Part shown: positions 59,472 to 61,745 of the stretch, piece by piece | Layout of the letters: every line of letters starts with the position of its first letter | How positions within the stretch are numbered: the stretch's first letter is position 1 | Source of the DNA: Bacillota bacterium | GTDB lineage: Bacteria; Bacillota; Clostridia; Peptostreptococcales; Anaerovoracaceae | Reading direction: 5' to 3' | Length of the DNA stretch: 61,745 bases | NCBI GenBank assembly: GCA_029218545.1 | Contig: JAQXRN010000244.1 | Location: 1-61,745, forward strand | The notes under the pieces: generated by a model | What the model saw: only the letters and a program-made list of their open reading frames with translations | What the model was told of the DNA's origin: nothing | Databases searched by the model: none | Made by a program: the position numbers and the translations under genes

Positions 59472-61745
59472 CTATGATAAAAGTTTTTGTGCAACAGCAA
59501 AGGCATCATTAATTTTTGTTATATCCTTAGCGCCGGCTTGAGCCATATCAGCTTTTCCACCGCCACCACCACCTGCAGCAGCCGCAATTTCTTTTATCAT
59601 CTTACCTGCATGATATCCTTTTTCAACAACATCATCTGTAAGTGATACCATGAAGGTTACTTTTTCTCCGTTAACAGCCGCAAATACCATTGCAATGCTC
59701 TTATGTGCAGCTTTAATGTCATCAGAAAGGTTTCTCAAATCGTTGATATTGCAATCAGAAAATTCTTTTGTAATCAGCTTGATACCATTAATTACAGGTG
59801 CATTCTCAACGACTTTATCAACTTCACTGCCCATTGCTGCCTTCTTTAAGTCTTCTAATTCTTTTCTTAAAGCTTTTAGTTCTTCAGCAATAGATTTAAC
59901 CTTGTCTGCTAATGCTGTTTTATTGCATTTTAGTGTCTCACAAGAGTTTTCAATTATTCTTTCTGCATTTTTTGCTTCCGATAAAACTCCTGTTCCGGTA
60001 ACAGCTTCGATTCTTCTTACACCTGAAGCAACGCCGTTCTCAGAAAGAATTTTAAATGCTCCAATTTCCCCTGTATTAGAAACATGTGTGCCTCCACACA
60101 GTTCTATGGACCAATCACCAGCATTTACAACTCTAACCTTATCTCCATATTTTTCGCCAAATAAGGCCATTGCTCCAGCTTCCTGAGCTTCCTTCATTGA
60201 CATCTCTTTAGTATTAACAGTCATGAATTTATTAATTGAGTCGTTTACAATTTCCTCAACCTGAGACAGCTGTTCTTTGGTAACTGCTTCGAAATGACTG
60301 AAATCAAAGCGTAGAAGGTTTTCATTAACGCTTGAACCTGCCTGCTCAACATGGTTTCCAAGGACCTCTCTTAGAGCTTTTTGTAACAGGTGTGTTGCGG
60401 TGTGATTTCTAGCAGTACAGTTTCTCTTAGCAACATTAACTTCTGCAAGTACATTATTTCCTGCTTTTATCTCACCCTTTGTCACTTTAATTGTGTGGTA
60501 GAATATGCCATCTTTCTTTTCTACAGACTCAACCTTTGCCTCAAGTCCATCTCCCTTGACAATGCCTGTGTCTGAAGCCTGACCGCCACCTTCAGCATAG
60601 AATGGTGTTTCATTCAATATAATAACTGCTTTTTCATCTTCAATCACATCATTAGCCAATGCACCATCTTTAATAATAGCAAGTACATTTGCTTCTAATG
60701 AAAGCACTTCATATCCCTTGAAGACAGTCTCAGCAACATTCAGTTCTAAACCAGCATCCTTCCATGCTTCATCTTCTGTGGATTTGCGGTTATCTCTTGC
60801 CTGTTTCTTCTGTTTCTGCATATTTGCAGCGAAACCTTCTTTATCAGCAGTCATGCCGTTTTCAGCTAAGATTTCTTCTGTCAGCTCTAGCGGAAAACCA
60901 TAGGTGTCGTAGAGCTTAAATGTCTTTTCACCATCTAAAACCGTTTTTCCTTCTTTCTTTAATTCATCAACATATTGTAAGATGATTGCTTCACCATTTC
61001 CAATTGTTGATGCAAAATTATTTTCTTCAACGGAGATGATTTTCTTGATGTAATCTGATTTTTCAACTAATTCAGGATATGCTTCACCTGAAACTTCTAT
61101 TACTTTATTTGCAAGTTCTGATAAAAATGCTCCCTGAATTCCAAGTATTCTACCATGTCTTGCTGCCCTTCTGATAATTCTTCTTAATACGTAACCTCTA
61201 CCTTCGTTACTTGGCATTATTCCATCTGCAATCATAAATGTCATTGAACGAAGATGGTCAGTAATTATTCTTATTGAAACGTCTGTTGGGAGCTGTCCAT
61301 CTTTGTATTCAACTCCTGACTTTTCTACTACACCATTGAGGATGTGACGTATTGTATCAATGTCAAAAATCGAATCTACACCCTGCATAATGCAAGCCAT
61401 TCTTTCCAGTCCCATACCGGTGTCAATGTTTGGATGAGCTAAATTGCTGTATGAACCGTCTTCTTCTTTTGAAAACTGTGTGAAAACATGGTTCCAGAAT
61501 TCAAGATATCTGTCGCAGTCACAGCCCGGTTTACAGTCAGGACTTCCACACCCGTATTCTTCTCCTCTGTCAAAGTATATCTCTGAACAAGGTCCGCATG
61601 GTCCAAGCCCGATTTCCCAGAAATTATCATCCTTTCCCAGACGAACTATTCTTTCCTCAGGCAAACCGATCTTCTTCCAGATTTCAACAGCTTCGTCATC
61701 ATCCTCGTAAACTGTTGCCCAGATTTTTTCCTTTGGCATTTTAAG
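59472..61745 (-). CDS. alaS: Alanyl-tRNA synthetase (N-terminal part outside window)
   Basis: More than 755 aa, with the frame open to the window edge. It has the editing-domain motifs HTATHLL and CGGTHV and a C-terminal DHHA1 region with GGGGGGKADMAQAG. Confidence 0.96.
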   Translation of the reverse strand, partial: LKMPKEKIWATVYEDDDEAVEIWKKIGLPEERIVRLGKDDNFWEIGLGPCGPCSEIYFDRGEEYGCGSPDCKPGCDCDRYLEFWNHVFTQFSKEEDGSYSNLAHPNIDTGMGLERMACIMQGVDSIFDIDTIRHILNGVVEKSGVEYKDGQLPTDVSIRIITDHLRSMTFMIADGIMPSNEGRGYVLRRIIRRAARHGRILGIQGAFLSELANKVIEVSGEAYPELVEKSDYIKKIISVEENNFASTIGNGEAIILQYVDELKKEGKTVLDGEKTFKLYDTYGFPLELTEEILAENGMTADKEGFAANMQKQKKQARDNRKSTEDEAWKDAGLELNVAETVFKGYEVLSLEANVLAIIKDGALANDVIEDEKAVIILNETPFYAEGGGQASDTGIVKGDGLEAKVESVEKKDGIFYHTIKVTKGEIKAGNNVLAEVNVAKRNCTARNHTATHLLQKALREVLGNHVEQAGSSVNENLLRFDFSHFEAVTKEQLSQVEEIVNDSINKFMTVNTKEMSMKEAQEAGAMALFGEKYGDKVRVVNAGDWSIELCGGTHVSNTGEIGAFKILSENGVASGVRRIEAVTGTGVLSEAKNAERIIENSCETLKCNKTALADKVKSIAEELKALRKELEDLKKAAMGSEVDKVVENAPVINGIKLITKEFSDCNINDLRNLSDDIKAAHKSIAMVFAAVNGEKVTFMVSLTDDVVEKGYHAGKMIKEIAAAAGGGGGGKADMAQAGAKDITKINDAFAVAQKLLS

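Overview
This is an AT-rich chromosomal segment of Firmicutes/Clostridia type from a spore-former (spoIIIA is present). It is packed with co-directional (+) housekeeping operons, with a convergent (-) alaS-ireB-ruvX block at the right end. I saw no rRNA, tRNA, CRISPR array, IS element, prophage or recognisable defence island.

Contents from left to right:
- leuS (3' part), rnj, a ylbF-like gene, efp, mltG-trmR-U32 and a CorC/CBS transporter.
- A three-gene NuoE/NuoF/(NuoG::GltD fusion) redox module.
- A DUF1805 gene.
- An 11-gene leu/ilv super-operon: leuA-leuC-leuD-ilvA-leuB-DUF815-ilvB-ilvN-ilvC-ilvD-ilvE. It is preceded by a promoter, a Leu/Ile/Val-rich leader peptide and an intrinsic terminator.
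- spoIIIAA-AH, with unusually short AF and AG.
- A self-contained 10-gene Mrp/Mbh-like cation/proton antiporter module.
- asp23-nusB-(TsaD/Kae1 paralog)-xseA-xseB-ispA-dxs-tlyA.
- An aminotransferase, mutS-mutL-miaA, a tyrosine recombinase, a ynbB-like gene, a TVP38 gene and bcp.
- A YneA-like LysM gene behind three LexA-box-like sites, then a Zn-ribbon gene.

Most of the window is ordinary core genome, and I cannot point to an unambiguous new system. The candidates most worth follow-up are:
1. The electron-bifurcation-type module with a 1154-aa fusion subunit.
2. The leader-peptide attenuator.
3. The uncharacterised DUF815 AAA+ ATPase translationally coupled to ilvB inside the branched-chain amino acid (BCAA) operon.
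4. The Mbh-ordered Mrp module with three antiporter-like subunits.
5. The minimal SpoIIIAF/SpoIIIAG pair.

All functional calls rest on motif and family recognition by eye. No database search was run.
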